64,000 nt of DNA, taken from positions 17,028-81,027 of the forward strand of contig DVLU01000040.1 in the NCBI GenBank assembly GCA_018715365.1. The letters are read 5' to 3'. This document shows positions 17,286-27,588 of the stretch, piece by piece. A program made the position numbers and the translations under genes. The notes under the pieces were generated by a model. The model saw nothing but the letters and a program-made list of their open reading frames with translations. It ran no database searches and had not been told where the DNA came from. Source of the DNA: Candidatus Ornithomonoglobus intestinigallinarum (GTDB lineage Bacteria > Bacillota > Clostridia > UBA1381). The number at the start of each line of letters is the position of its first letter. Positions within the stretch are counted from its first letter, which is position 1.

Positions 17286-19916
17286 TTATTTGCCTTCACG
17301 AATCTTAGCCTGTGCCGCTGCAAGTCTTGCAATCGGAACTCTGAACGGCGAGCATGAAACGTAATCAAGACCGAGCTTGTGGCAGAACTCTACCGAAGAC
17401 GGATCTCCGCCGTGCTCTCCGCATATGCCGATGTGCAGGTGGTCGTTTGTTGACTTACCGAGCTTAACAGCCATTTCCATAAGTCTGCCAACGCCGTCCT
17501 GGTCAAGCTTTGCGAACGGGTCGTTCTCGAATATCTTCTTATCATAGTAAGCGTCGAGGAACTTGCCGGCGTCGTCACGCGAGAAGCCGTATGTCATCTG
17601 CGTAAGGTCGTTTGTACCGAAGCAGAAGAAGTCCGCATTCTCGGCAATCTTGTCCGCGCGCAGCGCAGCTCTCGGGATTTCGATCATCGTTCCGACCTCA
17701 TACTTAAGGTCCGAACCTGCATTCTTTATTTCCTCATCGGCCGTTTCAACAACTATGTTCTTAACGAACTTAAGCTCTTTTTCATCGCCGATAAGCGGTA
17801 TCATGATTTCGGGAACTATGTTCCAGTCGGGGTGAGCCTTCTTCACGTTTATGGCAGCGCGGATAACGGCTCTTGTCTGCATCTTTGCAATCTCGGGGTA
17901 TGTTACCGCAAGACGGCAGCCTCTGTGACCCATCATCGGGTTGAACTCGTGCAGCGATGCTATTATTGTCTTTATATCATCAACCGACTTGCCCTGTGTT
18001 TTTGCAAGAGCTTCGATGTCGGCCTCATCTGTGGGAACGAACTCGTGCAGAGGAGGATCGAGGAATCTTATTGTTACGGGGTTGCCCTCGAGAGCTTCGT
18101 AAAGCGCCTCAAAGTCACCCTGCTGCATCGGAAGGATTTTTGCAAGTGCAGCTTCTCTTTCCTCAACCGTATCCGAGCAGATCATTTCCCTGAACGCATC
18201 TATTCTGTTGCCCTCAAAGAACATATGCTCCGTACGGCAAAGGCCTATACCCTCTGCGCCGAGCGATTTTGCTCTCTTTGCGTCGTCGGGAGTATCGGCG
18301 TTTGTTCTTACCTTAAGAGTTCTGAACTCGTCCGCCCAGCTCATTATTCTGTCAAAGTCGCCGGCAATTGAAGCGTCAACCGTGGGAACAAGTCCGTCGT
18401 AGATGTTACCTGTTGAGCCGTCAAGCGAAAGCGTGTCGCCCTCGTGATATTCCTTGCCGTTTAATGTGAACTTCTTGTTTTCCTCGTCCATTGCGATGTC
18501 GCCGCAGCCCGATACGCAGCAGATACCCATTCCGCGCGCAACAACGGCAGCGTGTGACGTCATACCGCCTCTTACTGTAAGAATACCCTGTGCGGCCTTC
18601 ATGCCTTCGATGTCCTCGGGCGATGTTTCAAGACGAACAAGCACAACCTTTTCGCCTCTGTCGGCCCAAGCCTTTGCGTCCTCGGCCGTGAATACTATCT
18701 TACCCGAAGCGGCGCCCGGCGAAGCTCCAAGAGCCTTACCCATAAGCTCGGCTTTCTTTACTGCCTCGGCGTCAAACTGCGGGTGGAGGAGAGTGTCAAG
18801 GTTACGCGGGTCGATCATGTCAACCGCTTCCTCTTTGCTTCTCATGCCCTCGTCAACAAGGTCGCAGGCTATCTTAAGAGCGGCCTGAGCCGTTCTCTTG
18901 CCGTTTCTTGTCTGAAGCATATAAAGCTTGCCGTGCTCAACGGTAAACTCCATATCCTGCATATCTCTGTAGTGGTTTTCAAGGTTGCTGCAAACCTGCT
19001 CAAACTGCGCAAAAGCCTCGGGGAACTTTTCAGCCATCTCCGCAATGGGCATCGGTGTACGAACACCGGCAACAACGTCCTCGCCCTGTGCGTTTGTCAG
19101 GAACTCACCGAAAAGCTTCTTTTCGCCGGTAGCGGGGTTACGTGTGAACGCAACGCCGGTACCGCAGTCGTCACCCATATTACCGAACGCCATCATCTGA
19201 ACGTTTACGGCAGTACCCCATGAATAGGGTATATCGTTATCACGTCTGTATACGTTGGCTCTGGGGTTGTCCCATGAACGGAACACTGCCTGAACGGCGC
19301 CCATGAGCTGCTCGTTGGGGTCGTCGGGGAAGTCCGCGCCGATCTTGTCCTTGTATTCGGCCTTAAACTGTCCGGCAAGCGTCTTAAGGTCGTCAGCCGT
19401 AAGCTCAACGTCGAGCTTAACGCCCTTATCTTCCTTCATTTTGTCGATAAGAGCCTCAAAGTACTTCTTGCCGACTTCCATAACTACGTCGGAGTACATC
19501 TGGATAAATCTTCTGTAGCAGTCCCAAGCCCATCTGGGGTTGTTGGACATTTTCGCCATTACCTCAACAACTTCCTCGTTAAGACCGAGATTGAGGATAG
19601 TATCCATCATACCGGGCATCGATGCTCTTGCGCCTGAACGAACCGATACAAGCAGCGGATTTTCCTTATCACCGAACTTTTTGCCGGTTATATCTTCCAT
19701 CTTTGTGATGTACTCAAGAATCTCCGCCTTGATCTCGTCATTTATCTTTCTTCCGTCCTCATAGTACTGAGTGCAGGCTTCCGTTGTGATGGTAAAGCCC
19801 TGCGGAACGGGAAGTCCGAGATTGGTCATCTCAGCGAGGTTGGCGCCTTTACCGCCGAGAAGTTCTCTCATGTTGGCGTTTCCCTCAGAGAAAAGGTAAA
19901 CATATTTTTTTGCCAT
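17286..19916 (-). CDS. ppdK: Pyruvate, phosphate dikinase
   Basis: 876 aa. N-terminus MAKKYVYLFSEGNANMRELLGGKGANLAEMTNLGLPVPQGFTITTEAC. Phospho-His loop GGMTSHAAVVARGMG. C-terminal PEP-utilising domain. RBS AGGAGGA. Confidence 0.97.
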   Translation of the reverse strand: MAKKYVYLFSEGNANMRELLGGKGANLAEMTNLGLPVPQGFTITTEACTQYYEDGRKINDEIKAEILEYITKMEDITGKKFGDKENPLLVSVRSGARASMPGMMDTILNLGLNEEVVEVMAKMSNNPRWAWDCYRRFIQMYSDVVMEVGKKYFEALIDKMKEDKGVKLDVELTADDLKTLAGQFKAEYKDKIGADFPDDPNEQLMGAVQAVFRSWDNPRANVYRRDNDIPYSWGTAVNVQMMAFGNMGDDCGTGVAFTRNPATGEKKLFGEFLTNAQGEDVVAGVRTPMPIAEMAEKFPEAFAQFEQVCSNLENHYRDMQDMEFTVEHGKLYMLQTRNGKRTAQAALKIACDLVDEGMRSKEEAVDMIDPRNLDTLLHPQFDAEAVKKAELMGKALGASPGAASGKIVFTAEDAKAWADRGEKVVLVRLETSPEDIEGMKAAQGILTVRGGMTSHAAVVARGMGICCVSGCGDIAMDEENKKFTLNGKEYHEGDTLSLDGSTGNIYDGLVPTVDASIAGDFDRIMSWADEFRTLKVRTNADTPDDAKRAKSLGAEGIGLCRTEHMFFEGNRIDAFREMICSDTVEEREAALAKILPMQQGDFEALYEALEGNPVTIRFLDPPLHEFVPTDEADIEALAKTQGKSVDDIKTIIASLHEFNPMMGHRGCRLAVTYPEIAKMQTRAVIRAAINVKKAHPDWNIVPEIMIPLIGDEKELKFVKNIVVETADEEIKNAGSDLKYEVGTMIEIPRAALRADKIAENADFFCFGTNDLTQMTYGFSRDDAGKFLDAYYDKKIFENDPFAKLDQDGVGRLMEMAVKLGKSTNDHLHIGICGEHGGDPSSVEFCHKLGLDYVSCSPFRVPIARLAAAQAKIREGK

Positions 19917-20221
19917 TTAAAATTCCTCCTGTATTTTTTTGATAATGGGGCGCGGCAATACACCATGCCCGATTTACCCTATCTTTTATTATATCATAAA
20001 TTTCAAAAAAGTCCACATAATATTGTTAAATTTTTCACTCAGTTTTTAAAATTGTTACATTCAACAAATTTAAAAAAAATTTTTATCTATTTCGCAACGA
20101 AATCGACCGATTATCTTGTGTTTTTCCTCAATATATGATAGAATTTATACATAAATATTGTATTACGGCCGTCCGCGGCGTATCTTTTGACGGCGCACGG
20201 TATATTTTAACGGAGAATAAA

Positions 20222-20950
20222 ATGGAAAAACGGTTTTTAAGAAGCGAAATGCTTTTGGGAGAGGCGTGTTTTAACAAGCTTCGTTCATCGCGTGCCGCCG
20301 TTTTCGGCATAGGCGGAGTAGGCGGCTATGCCGCCGAGGCTCTTGTGAGGACGGGCATCGGTGCGATAGATATTATAGACAAGGATGTGATAGATGAAAC
20401 AAATATAAACCGGCAGATAATTGCCGATACAAAAACAGTCGGGCTCGATAAAGTCGCCGTTATGAGGGAGCGGCTTTTGACGATAAACCCCGGGCTTAAA
20501 ATAAACGCCGTAAAAATGTTTTATCTGCCCGAAACGGCGGATGAACTTGATTTGTCGGCGTATGACGTTATAATAGACGCGGTTGACAACGTAACGGCAA
20601 AGCTTGAGCTTATAACGCGCGCGTCGGAAATGAACGTCCCTGTAATTTCATCGATGGGCACGGGGAACAAGCTGCACCCGGAGCTTTTGGAGGTGTCGGA
20701 CATTTATTCAACGTCCGTATGCCCGCTTGCGCGCGTAATGCGGCGCGAGCTGAAAAAACGCGGCGTAAAAAGCCTGCGCGTTGTTTATTCAAAAGAAGAA
20801 CCGCAAAAGGGCGTTATTGACGAAAACGGCCGCCATGCTCCGGCAAGCGCCGTATTTGTTCCGGCAAGCGCCGGGCTGCTGCTTGCCGCGGAATCCGTAC
20901 AAATTATATGCGGCCTTAAGCAGCATGAATTTAAAGAAATACGGATATAA
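20222..20950 (+). CDS. tcdA: tRNA threonylcarbamoyladenosine dehydratase (ThiF/E1-like)
   Basis: AVFGIGGVGGYAAEALVRTGIGAIDIIDKDVIDETNINRQI. Start set at the ATG at 20222 (MEKRFLRSEMLLG), with GGAGA upstream. Confidence 0.8.
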   Translation: MEKRFLRSEMLLGEACFNKLRSSRAAVFGIGGVGGYAAEALVRTGIGAIDIIDKDVIDETNINRQIIADTKTVGLDKVAVMRERLLTINPGLKINAVKMFYLPETADELDLSAYDVIIDAVDNVTAKLELITRASEMNVPVISSMGTGNKLHPELLEVSDIYSTSVCPLARVMRRELKKRGVKSLRVVYSKEEPQKGVIDENGRHAPASAVFVPASAGLLLAAESVQIICGLKQHEFKEIRI

Positions 20951-20998
20951 TTTTTTAAAAGTACTGATACTAAGATAAAAATCGGAAAGGAACTTATT

Positions 20999-22423
20999 AT
21001 GAATAAAAAAATAAAATGGTATATGCTCGCATTCATGGCGTTTTCGACCGTGTGGGGCTTTGGAAATGTAATAAACGGCTATTATTATTTTAACGGGCTG
21101 CATGCCGTTATACCCTGGATATTTATTCTGGGGCTGTATTTTGTACCGTATGCGCTGATGGTCGGCGAACTCGGAAGCGCGTTTAAAAATCTGGGCGGCG
21201 GAGTCGGCTCATGGGTGGAGGAAACCATGGGCAGGCGCATGGCGTTTTATGCGGGCTGGACGTATTGGGTTGTCCATATGCCGTATCTTTCGCAGAAGCC
21301 GACGGCGGCGCTGATAGGCGTGGGCTGGGCTGTGTTCCGCGACGGGCGCATCGGTGAGTGGTCTGCGCTGTCGCTTCAGCTTTTGGCGCTCGGAGTGTTT
21401 ATCGCTGCCGTTTTGCTGTCGCTCATGGGGCTTAAATTTTTAAAGAAGATAAGCTCGGCCGCGGGAACGGCGATATTTATAATGTCAATACTGTTCATAC
21501 TGATGATGGCGGCGGCGCCCGCAATAAACGGCGGCGTTTCGTTTTCGGATATAGACTGGAGCTGGGAAAGCTTTAAGCCGGAGTTCGGCGCAAATACGTT
21601 TATGAATATAGCGATACTGATTTTTGCCGTGGGCGGCTGCGAAAAGCTTTCGCCCTATGTAAACAAAATGAACGACCCGGCAAAGGATTTCCCGAAAAGC
21701 ATGATAGGACTTGCCGTGATGGTTGCGGTATGCGCCGTTTTGGGGACGATAGCAATGGGCATAATGTTTGCCGGACACAATATAGACGGCAGCTTTGTTG
21801 CCGACGGGGCATACGAATCGTTCAGGCGCGTAGGGGAGTATTACGGCGTAGGCGATACGCTTATGGTGATATACGCAGTATGCAACGCCGTTGCGCAGCT
21901 TTCCGTTATAATTTTGTCCATAGACGCGCCTCTCAGAATGCTGCTTGATTCGTCGGACGAAAACTATATTCCCCGCTGGCTTACGGAACGCAACAAAAAC
22001 GGCGTGTATAAAAACGGCGTGCTTGTTACGGCAATAGTTGCGGGACTGCTTATAATAATACCGGCGTTCGGCATAGGCGACGTGCACGGTATAGTAAAAT
22101 ATATAATAGACCTTAACGCCGTCTGCATGCCGCTTCGGTATTTATGGGTGTTTGCGGCATATTTCATGCTCAAAAAATACAGCGGAAAATATACGTCGGA
22201 ATATAAATTTGTGCGCGGAAAGCGTCTCGGTATGTTTTTCGGCGGCTGGTGCTTCGCGCTTACGCTGTACGCCTGCCTTATAAAAATATTCGACACCGAC
22301 GGCGATATATTTAAGCTTGTTTTAAATATCCTCACGCCGTTTATACTTGTCGGAATGGGGCTTATACTGCCGTATATCGCAAAAAAGACAAAAACAAAGC
22401 ACGGGAGTGATTCGTATGTATAA
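20999..22423 (+). CDS. APC-superfamily amino acid permease (YjeM-like)
   Basis: 474 aa, about 12 TM segments. N-terminus MNKKIKWYMLAFMAFSTVWGFGNVINGYYYF resembles the YjeM/glutamate-GABA antiporter family. Confidence 0.7.
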   Translation: MNKKIKWYMLAFMAFSTVWGFGNVINGYYYFNGLHAVIPWIFILGLYFVPYALMVGELGSAFKNLGGGVGSWVEETMGRRMAFYAGWTYWVVHMPYLSQKPTAALIGVGWAVFRDGRIGEWSALSLQLLALGVFIAAVLLSLMGLKFLKKISSAAGTAIFIMSILFILMMAAAPAINGGVSFSDIDWSWESFKPEFGANTFMNIAILIFAVGGCEKLSPYVNKMNDPAKDFPKSMIGLAVMVAVCAVLGTIAMGIMFAGHNIDGSFVADGAYESFRRVGEYYGVGDTLMVIYAVCNAVAQLSVIILSIDAPLRMLLDSSDENYIPRWLTERNKNGVYKNGVLVTAIVAGLLIIIPAFGIGDVHGIVKYIIDLNAVCMPLRYLWVFAAYFMLKKYSGKYTSEYKFVRGKRLGMFFGGWCFALTLYACLIKIFDTDGDIFKLVLNILTPFILVGMGLILPYIAKKTKTKHGSDSYV

Positions 22424-23729
22424 AGAAACAACGGAAAAGGAAACAACAAAAAAGCTTTTGGAATTTATACGGCTGTCGCCGGACTGCTTTCATGCCGTAA
22501 AAACAATAACCGATACGTTAAAAAACGAAGGCTTTGAGGAGCTTTTCGAGCATGAGAGCCAAAGCCTTAAGAACGGCGGGAAATATTTTGTTACGAGGAA
22601 CGCATCGTCTGTGATCGCCTTTTGCGTGCCGGAGGGCGAGTATACCGGGCTTATGATAACGTCAAGCCACAGCGATTCGCCGACGTATAAAATAAAACCT
22701 GAGCCGGTTGTTTCCGACGGCATGTACGCGCGCCTTAACGTGGAGGGCTACGGCGGCATGAACGCAGCCTCGTGGCTTGACAGGCCTCTCGGCGTTTCGG
22801 GACGCGTTGCAGTAAAAACAAAAAACGGCGCGGAGCTGCGCCTTGTGAATATAGATGAGGATATGCTTGTTATACCGAGCCTTGCCATACACATGAACAG
22901 AAAGCTCAACGACGGTTACGCGTATAACGCGGCAAAGGATATGCTGCCGCTTTCGGGCACGGATCCCGATGCGTTTATGAAACGCGTTGCCGATGCGGCG
23001 GGAGCAAGGGCGGAGGATATTATATCGCATGATCTCTTTTTGTATAACAGAACGCGCGGAAGCATATGGGGCGCGGAAAACGAGTATTTCTCCTCGCCGA
23101 GGATAGACGACCTCCAATGCGCCTATGCGTCGCTTGAAGCGTTTATATCGTCAAAGCCGACGAATGCGCTTAAGCTGCTGTGCGTATTTGATAACGAGGA
23201 GGTCGGCAGCGGCACAAAGCAGGGCGCAAAGTCAACGTTTCTGCCGGATACGCTTCTGCGAATAAATTCCGCGCTCGGATACGGCGCCGAAAAGCTTTGC
23301 AGGGCGTCGTCGTCGGGTTTTATGGTGTCGGCGGACAACGGCCATGCGGTACACCCCAACCACCCCGAATTTGCCGATAAAACAAGCCGCCCCGTTGTAA
23401 ACGGTGGCGTGCTTATAAAGCATAACGCAAACCAGCGGTACACCACCGATGCGGTTTCCGATGCGATATTTAAAACAATATGCTCCCGCGCCGGTGTGCC
23501 GTATCAGTATTACACAAACAGGAGCGATATTCCGGGCGGCTCAACGCTTGGGAATCTCGCAAACGAAAAGCTGTCGCTCAATACGGTTGACATAGGCGCG
23601 GCGCAGCTTGCCATGCACTCCGCGTATGAAACGGGCGGCGTTAAGGACACGCTGTATCTTGTGCGGGCAATGACGGAATTTTACTCGTCGGAAATAGATA
23701 TATCGGCCGGCGGATTTAATATATTATAA
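22416..23729 (+). CDS. M18 family aminopeptidase
   Basis: Motifs SSHSDSPTYKIKP, FDNEEVGS and AMHSAYETGG. The ATG at 22416 overlaps the permease stop. Confidence 0.85.
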   Translation: MYKETTEKETTKKLLEFIRLSPDCFHAVKTITDTLKNEGFEELFEHESQSLKNGGKYFVTRNASSVIAFCVPEGEYTGLMITSSHSDSPTYKIKPEPVVSDGMYARLNVEGYGGMNAASWLDRPLGVSGRVAVKTKNGAELRLVNIDEDMLVIPSLAIHMNRKLNDGYAYNAAKDMLPLSGTDPDAFMKRVADAAGARAEDIISHDLFLYNRTRGSIWGAENEYFSSPRIDDLQCAYASLEAFISSKPTNALKLLCVFDNEEVGSGTKQGAKSTFLPDTLLRINSALGYGAEKLCRASSSGFMVSADNGHAVHPNHPEFADKTSRPVVNGGVLIKHNANQRYTTDAVSDAIFKTICSRAGVPYQYYTNRSDIPGGSTLGNLANEKLSLNTVDIGAAQLAMHSAYETGGVKDTLYLVRAMTEFYSSEIDISAGGFNIL

Positions 23730-24848
23730 TATTTTTTTAAATTCGCTCAAAACGTGCATATCGCCGTTTTCCCTGCTGCCGCGTATAACCTCAGCCGTTC
23801 TGCCGCGTCCCCATGTAAGCTTTTTGAGGATACGGTGGAAGTAGCAGACCGGCAGCAGAAACGGCGCCTTTTTGAGAAACGGATACATATATGCCATTGT
23901 GGAATACGGCCTGAACGTCATCTTAAAATAATGCGCCAGCTTGCCGCCTTTTGAATGAATATCGGCAAACTGCAGCTTTACGCCCGTTTCGGAATTGCCG
24001 TATACGCCGTTTTTTATAATGTATTCGCTCACAAAGCGCACCGAATCGTCTGCCGTCTGACGCATATTGAACCAGAAATCGACAAGGCGGCGGACGATGC
24101 CGTCAAGCGTGTCGAGCTTCAGCTCGCGCAGATATGAATTTAATACAAGCATATCGAGCGGCTTGTCAAATACATAAAAATCTGTAATAAGCTTAATTCC
24201 AGCCCCGCCGTGCGATAAATGCGACGCAAGATGGGTAAGCTGAAAGGCATAGAGCATTTCGGGCTGCATCTCGTACATATAACCGTCAGCCTGACTTGCT
24301 GTTTCCCACACATGTGAAAAAAATTCCTGACGTCCATGAGCGTTATCAACAAGGTAATAGTGCAGCTCAATGTGGATTTTTCCCTTTTCATAAACAGAAT
24401 GCTTGCTGTTTGTGCTGTAATGCTTATAGCCGAGCATTGTCATGATTTTCATTATCTCATCTTCATCAAATCTGTCAATAAGAATATCCGTATCGCCGCT
24501 TTGGCGTAAATCGGGCGACGCGTACATATACTTGACAACGCTGCCCTTAAGCGGGATATGTTTGATCCCGGCCTCCGAGAGCGCGGCGCATATATTTTCA
24601 AGCTCAAGCGCCTGCTTTGCTTCGCGGACGATCGCTTTTTCGTAGCACTGACGGAATTTTCTCGAAAGCTCCTCGGGAATGTCCGCGTTTATGCTTTTAA
24701 GAGCGGCATAAACGAGATTTTCAACCTGCTGCTCCTTTGATATTTTAAACATAAGCTCATAATCGAGCTTTTCGGACGGGATATCGGGAGTAACGCCCTT
24801 TGCCGCGCACCCTATTATATAGAGCATATATTTTATCGTATAATTCAT
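23724..24848 (-). CDS. Uncharacterised nucleotidyltransferase family protein (NTP_transf_5 / PF14907-like)
   Basis: IKHIPLKGSVVKYMYASPDLRQSGDTDILIDR followed by a helical C-terminal region. Start at the ATG at 24848 with AGGAGAAAAAC upstream. The 3-prime end overlaps the convergent M18 gene by 6 nt. Confidence 0.65.
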   Translation of the reverse strand: MNYTIKYMLYIIGCAAKGVTPDIPSEKLDYELMFKISKEQQVENLVYAALKSINADIPEELSRKFRQCYEKAIVREAKQALELENICAALSEAGIKHIPLKGSVVKYMYASPDLRQSGDTDILIDRFDEDEIMKIMTMLGYKHYSTNSKHSVYEKGKIHIELHYYLVDNAHGRQEFFSHVWETASQADGYMYEMQPEMLYAFQLTHLASHLSHGGAGIKLITDFYVFDKPLDMLVLNSYLRELKLDTLDGIVRRLVDFWFNMRQTADDSVRFVSEYIIKNGVYGNSETGVKLQFADIHSKGGKLAHYFKMTFRPYSTMAYMYPFLKKAPFLLPVCYFHRILKKLTWGRGRTAEVIRGSRENGDMHVLSEFKKIL

Positions 24849-24952
24849 TTGTTTTTCTCCTATGGGGAACAATTGATTTTTTATATGAGGTACGGGGGCC
24901 CGCGGTTGCTTCTGCAAACCGCGCCGGCCCCCGGATCGTATATATGATTCTG

Positions 24953-26677
24953 TTATTTTGTATATCTTGAATTATCGCTGCGGACATCGTCGCTCAGCCT
25001 TTGCGCGCGCGCCGCGCTTCCCTTGTCGGGCTGCTGCTGTTTTTTCTTTTTCAGCTGCTGTATGCGTCTTTGCCTGTCGCGCTTTTTCTTTTTTGAGCTT
25101 GCAAAAAGCAAAACAAGTATTATCACAATTACCGGTATGAAGAAGAACGGGCTTGTGATTATCCTCAAAATAAGATTAAGAAAATGAAGTATTTCGTTTC
25201 TTTCAACGTCGTTTGTCGCAACAAGATTGGATACGCCTATCTGCGTGCCCTTGTAGGTGTATGTCACCGTGCCTATAACGTCGCCCTTTGTTATGGGAGC
25301 GTACAGCTCCTCGGGTATATTAACGTTCGTTATTATATCGGCGGCCCTGTCAACGTTTGCGGGAACAAGCGCGCTTACGTCCGTTTCAACGGTCAGTGCA
25401 ACACGCGTATCGTTTTTGGCCTCCTTCACCTTTGAGTCGGCAACAATATCTCCCGGCGCCGCTATCGGCTGGCTCACATAATTGTCAAAGCCGAAATCAA
25501 ACAGCTCGCGCGAATCGATATATGAATAAGCGCCCTCGTTGTCGTTTGTGTTTGGGCAGTTCATAACAACGGAAAGCAGATTTGTGCCGTTGTATTCCGC
25601 CGCCGCCGCAAGGCAGTAGCCCGACTGCGACGTATGCCCCGTTTTTATTCCCGTGCACGGCGGGTAATAATGCTGGAGCGAACGTATAGTGCTTAAAAAT
25701 AAATTTGTGTTTACAAGTATTCTCTGCGATGTATACTTGTTTGTCGGCTCTATTGTGTAGGTGACGGTTTTTACGATATTCCTGAACGTTTCGTTCTGCA
25801 TCGCATACTGCGCAAGCACGGCAATGTCGCGTGCCGTTGTGTAGTGGTTGTCGTCATGCGTGCCGCACGGATTGACAAAATGCGTATTCGTCATTCCGAG
25901 CTCCGCCGCCTTTGCGTTCATGATGTCAACAAAGCCCTGGAGCGAACCGCCGAGATGAACGGCGATAACGTTTGCCGCGTCGTTTGCGCTGTGTATCAGC
26001 ATACCGTTTACGAGCTGCTCAAACGTAAGCTCCTCGCCCGTAAGAATACCCATCTGCGAATCCTCGAGCGTTATCGGGGCAATAGCCTCGTAGCTTGCCG
26101 AAACAACGTCAGCCATGTTTCCGTTTTCTATTGCGATTATGCCGGTCATCATCTTTGTAAGGCTGGCGGGATAAAGGCGGGCGTCGATGTTTTTGCCGTA
26201 TAAAAGACGACCCGACTGCATATCCATAAGCAGCGCCGCCTGCGCGTACTGTATGTCGGGCGGCGTCAGAGAGTCGTCCTCGATATATATCGTGTCGGAG
26301 CCGGTCTGCGCCGTGCCGGAGCCTGTATCCGAGCCTTCGTCCGTACCGCTCTCGGTGTTTTCGCCCGAGGTGCTTTCCGCTTCGGAGCTGCCTGCTCCCT
26401 CCGTGTTCAGCGGCGTTTCGTCCGTTTGCGCCGGCGTGTCCGTATCGGAATCACCCGATGATGCGGCTGAACCCTCCGTATCCTGCGGTGCTTCGTCCGT
26501 TTGCGCGGAAGCATCCGACGGCTGCGCCGTGGAAGCATCCGACGGCTGCACAGTGGACGCTACGGCCTGCTGCGTTGTTCCCGCCGCGCTGCCCTTGGGC
26601 GACGGAGCGGCAAAGGCCGGCGTGAGCATTGAAAGACCGAGTATAAGCGCCAATGCGCCCAAAAGCCTTTTTTTCAT
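24953..26677 (-). CDS. D-alanyl-D-alanine carboxypeptidase (S11, PBP5/6 type) with a low-complexity N-terminal linker and a C-terminal TM plus basic tail
   Basis: SxxK (ASLTKMMTG), SxN (HSAND) and KTG (IKTGHT) motifs. Signal peptide MKKRLLGALALILGLSMLTPAFA. Start at 26677 with AGGAGG upstream. Confidence 0.9.
   Translation of the reverse strand: MKKRLLGALALILGLSMLTPAFAAPSPKGSAAGTTQQAVASTVQPSDASTAQPSDASAQTDEAPQDTEGSAASSGDSDTDTPAQTDETPLNTEGAGSSEAESTSGENTESGTDEGSDTGSGTAQTGSDTIYIEDDSLTPPDIQYAQAALLMDMQSGRLLYGKNIDARLYPASLTKMMTGIIAIENGNMADVVSASYEAIAPITLEDSQMGILTGEELTFEQLVNGMLIHSANDAANVIAVHLGGSLQGFVDIMNAKAAELGMTNTHFVNPCGTHDDNHYTTARDIAVLAQYAMQNETFRNIVKTVTYTIEPTNKYTSQRILVNTNLFLSTIRSLQHYYPPCTGIKTGHTSQSGYCLAAAAEYNGTNLLSVVMNCPNTNDNEGAYSYIDSRELFDFGFDNYVSQPIAAPGDIVADSKVKEAKNDTRVALTVETDVSALVPANVDRAADIITNVNIPEELYAPITKGDVIGTVTYTYKGTQIGVSNLVATNDVERNEILHFLNLILRIITSPFFFIPVIVIILVLLFASSKKKKRDRQRRIQQLKKKKQQQPDKGSAARAQRLSDDVRSDNSRYTK
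26507..26554 (-). repeat. 24-bp tandem duplication in the carboxypeptidase linker
   Basis: ggaagcatccgacggctgcgccgt / ggaagcatccgacggctgcacagt, encoding ST(V/A)QPSDA twice. Confidence 0.75.
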
Positions 26678-26924
26678 CAAAATAAAACCTCCTGAGTTTA
26701 ACGTAAAGAGCCTTTCGGACATAAACATTAACCATGATGTGAAAATTCTGCGGCGGAAGGCTCCGAGCTTATTTGTGCCAATAATAATTTCATTATATAT
26801 TATACAGCAAAATTTAAATTTTGCAATAACAAAAATGAAATTTGTAAAAATATATCGAAAAAATATATGGAGTTATGTAAACAGTGATATATTATGTTAA
26901 AAAAAGATAAGCGGCTTCACGGGA

Positions 26925-26953
26925 TTGACAACGCAGTCTTGACGGTGTATAAT
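26925..26953 (+). promoter_or_regulatory. Consensus sigma-A promoter
   Basis: TTGACA (26925..26930), 17-nt spacer, TATAAT (26948..26953). Confidence 0.7.
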
Positions 26954-27003
26954 CATATTGCAGGTATAAAGCATTAAAAACAAAAACAACGGAGGGCACG
27001 GAA

Positions 27004-27390
27004 ATGACAAGAGAGGAGCTTGCCGAATATATTGAAAATCAATACGGGGTACAGGCTGAGCATCCGTGGGCGGACGCGCCCGGATATGCCGTATTCAGGC
27101 ACGGCGGGAACAGAAAATGGTTCGCCGTTATTATGAACGTCCCCGCGGACAGGCTGGGGCTTAAGGCAGACGGGGAAATCGATATTGTGAATTTAAAGTG
27201 CGATCCGCTGCTTGTTGACTTATTAAAACGCGGGGACGGCTTTTTTGCGGCGTACCATATGAACAAAGAGCATTGGATAAGCGCCGCACTCGGCGGCAAT
27301 GACGGCGGCGAAAAAATAAAGCCGCTGCTTGACGCCAGCTTTTTGCTTACAGCGCCGAAAACAAAAAATAAAAAAAGCCGCCTCAAGTGA
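27004..27390 (+). CDS. MmcQ/YjbR family DNA-binding protein
   Basis: EHPWADAPGYAVFRHGGNRKWFAVIMNVPADRLGL...IDIVNLKCDP, typical of the YjbR family. Confidence 0.75.
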   Translation: MTREELAEYIENQYGVQAEHPWADAPGYAVFRHGGNRKWFAVIMNVPADRLGLKADGEIDIVNLKCDPLLVDLLKRGDGFFAAYHMNKEHWISAALGGNDGGEKIKPLLDASFLLTAPKTKNKKSRLK

Positions 27391-27435
27391 ATCCCCGGCT
27401 GTATACGTATCCGGCAACTGTTAAAGGCAGCTTTA

Positions 27436-27582
27436 TAAAAAGCGGCAGAGCGGCAGACGGTAGATGTACAAGCCCCTACCTCGAACGTCCTAAACGCTTC
27501 TGCAGATGCCGCTTTTTACTTTTGGCGGTGCACTCATTCGGGCTACAATTGCCGTCCGCGGCACCGCATGCTGTGCTTAAGC
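27436..27582 (-). ncRNA. Candidate small RNA (two hairpins, ends in a terminator)
   Basis: It lies downstream of the consensus promoter at 27589..27617 (minus). Hairpin gcggtgc/gcaccgc spans 27525..27567. A long irregular hairpin closed by agcggca/tgccgct (27441..27513) is followed by a U-run on the minus strand. The only ORFs are 8 and 15 codons with no RBS. Confidence 0.4.
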
Positions 27583-27588
27583 AAATAT

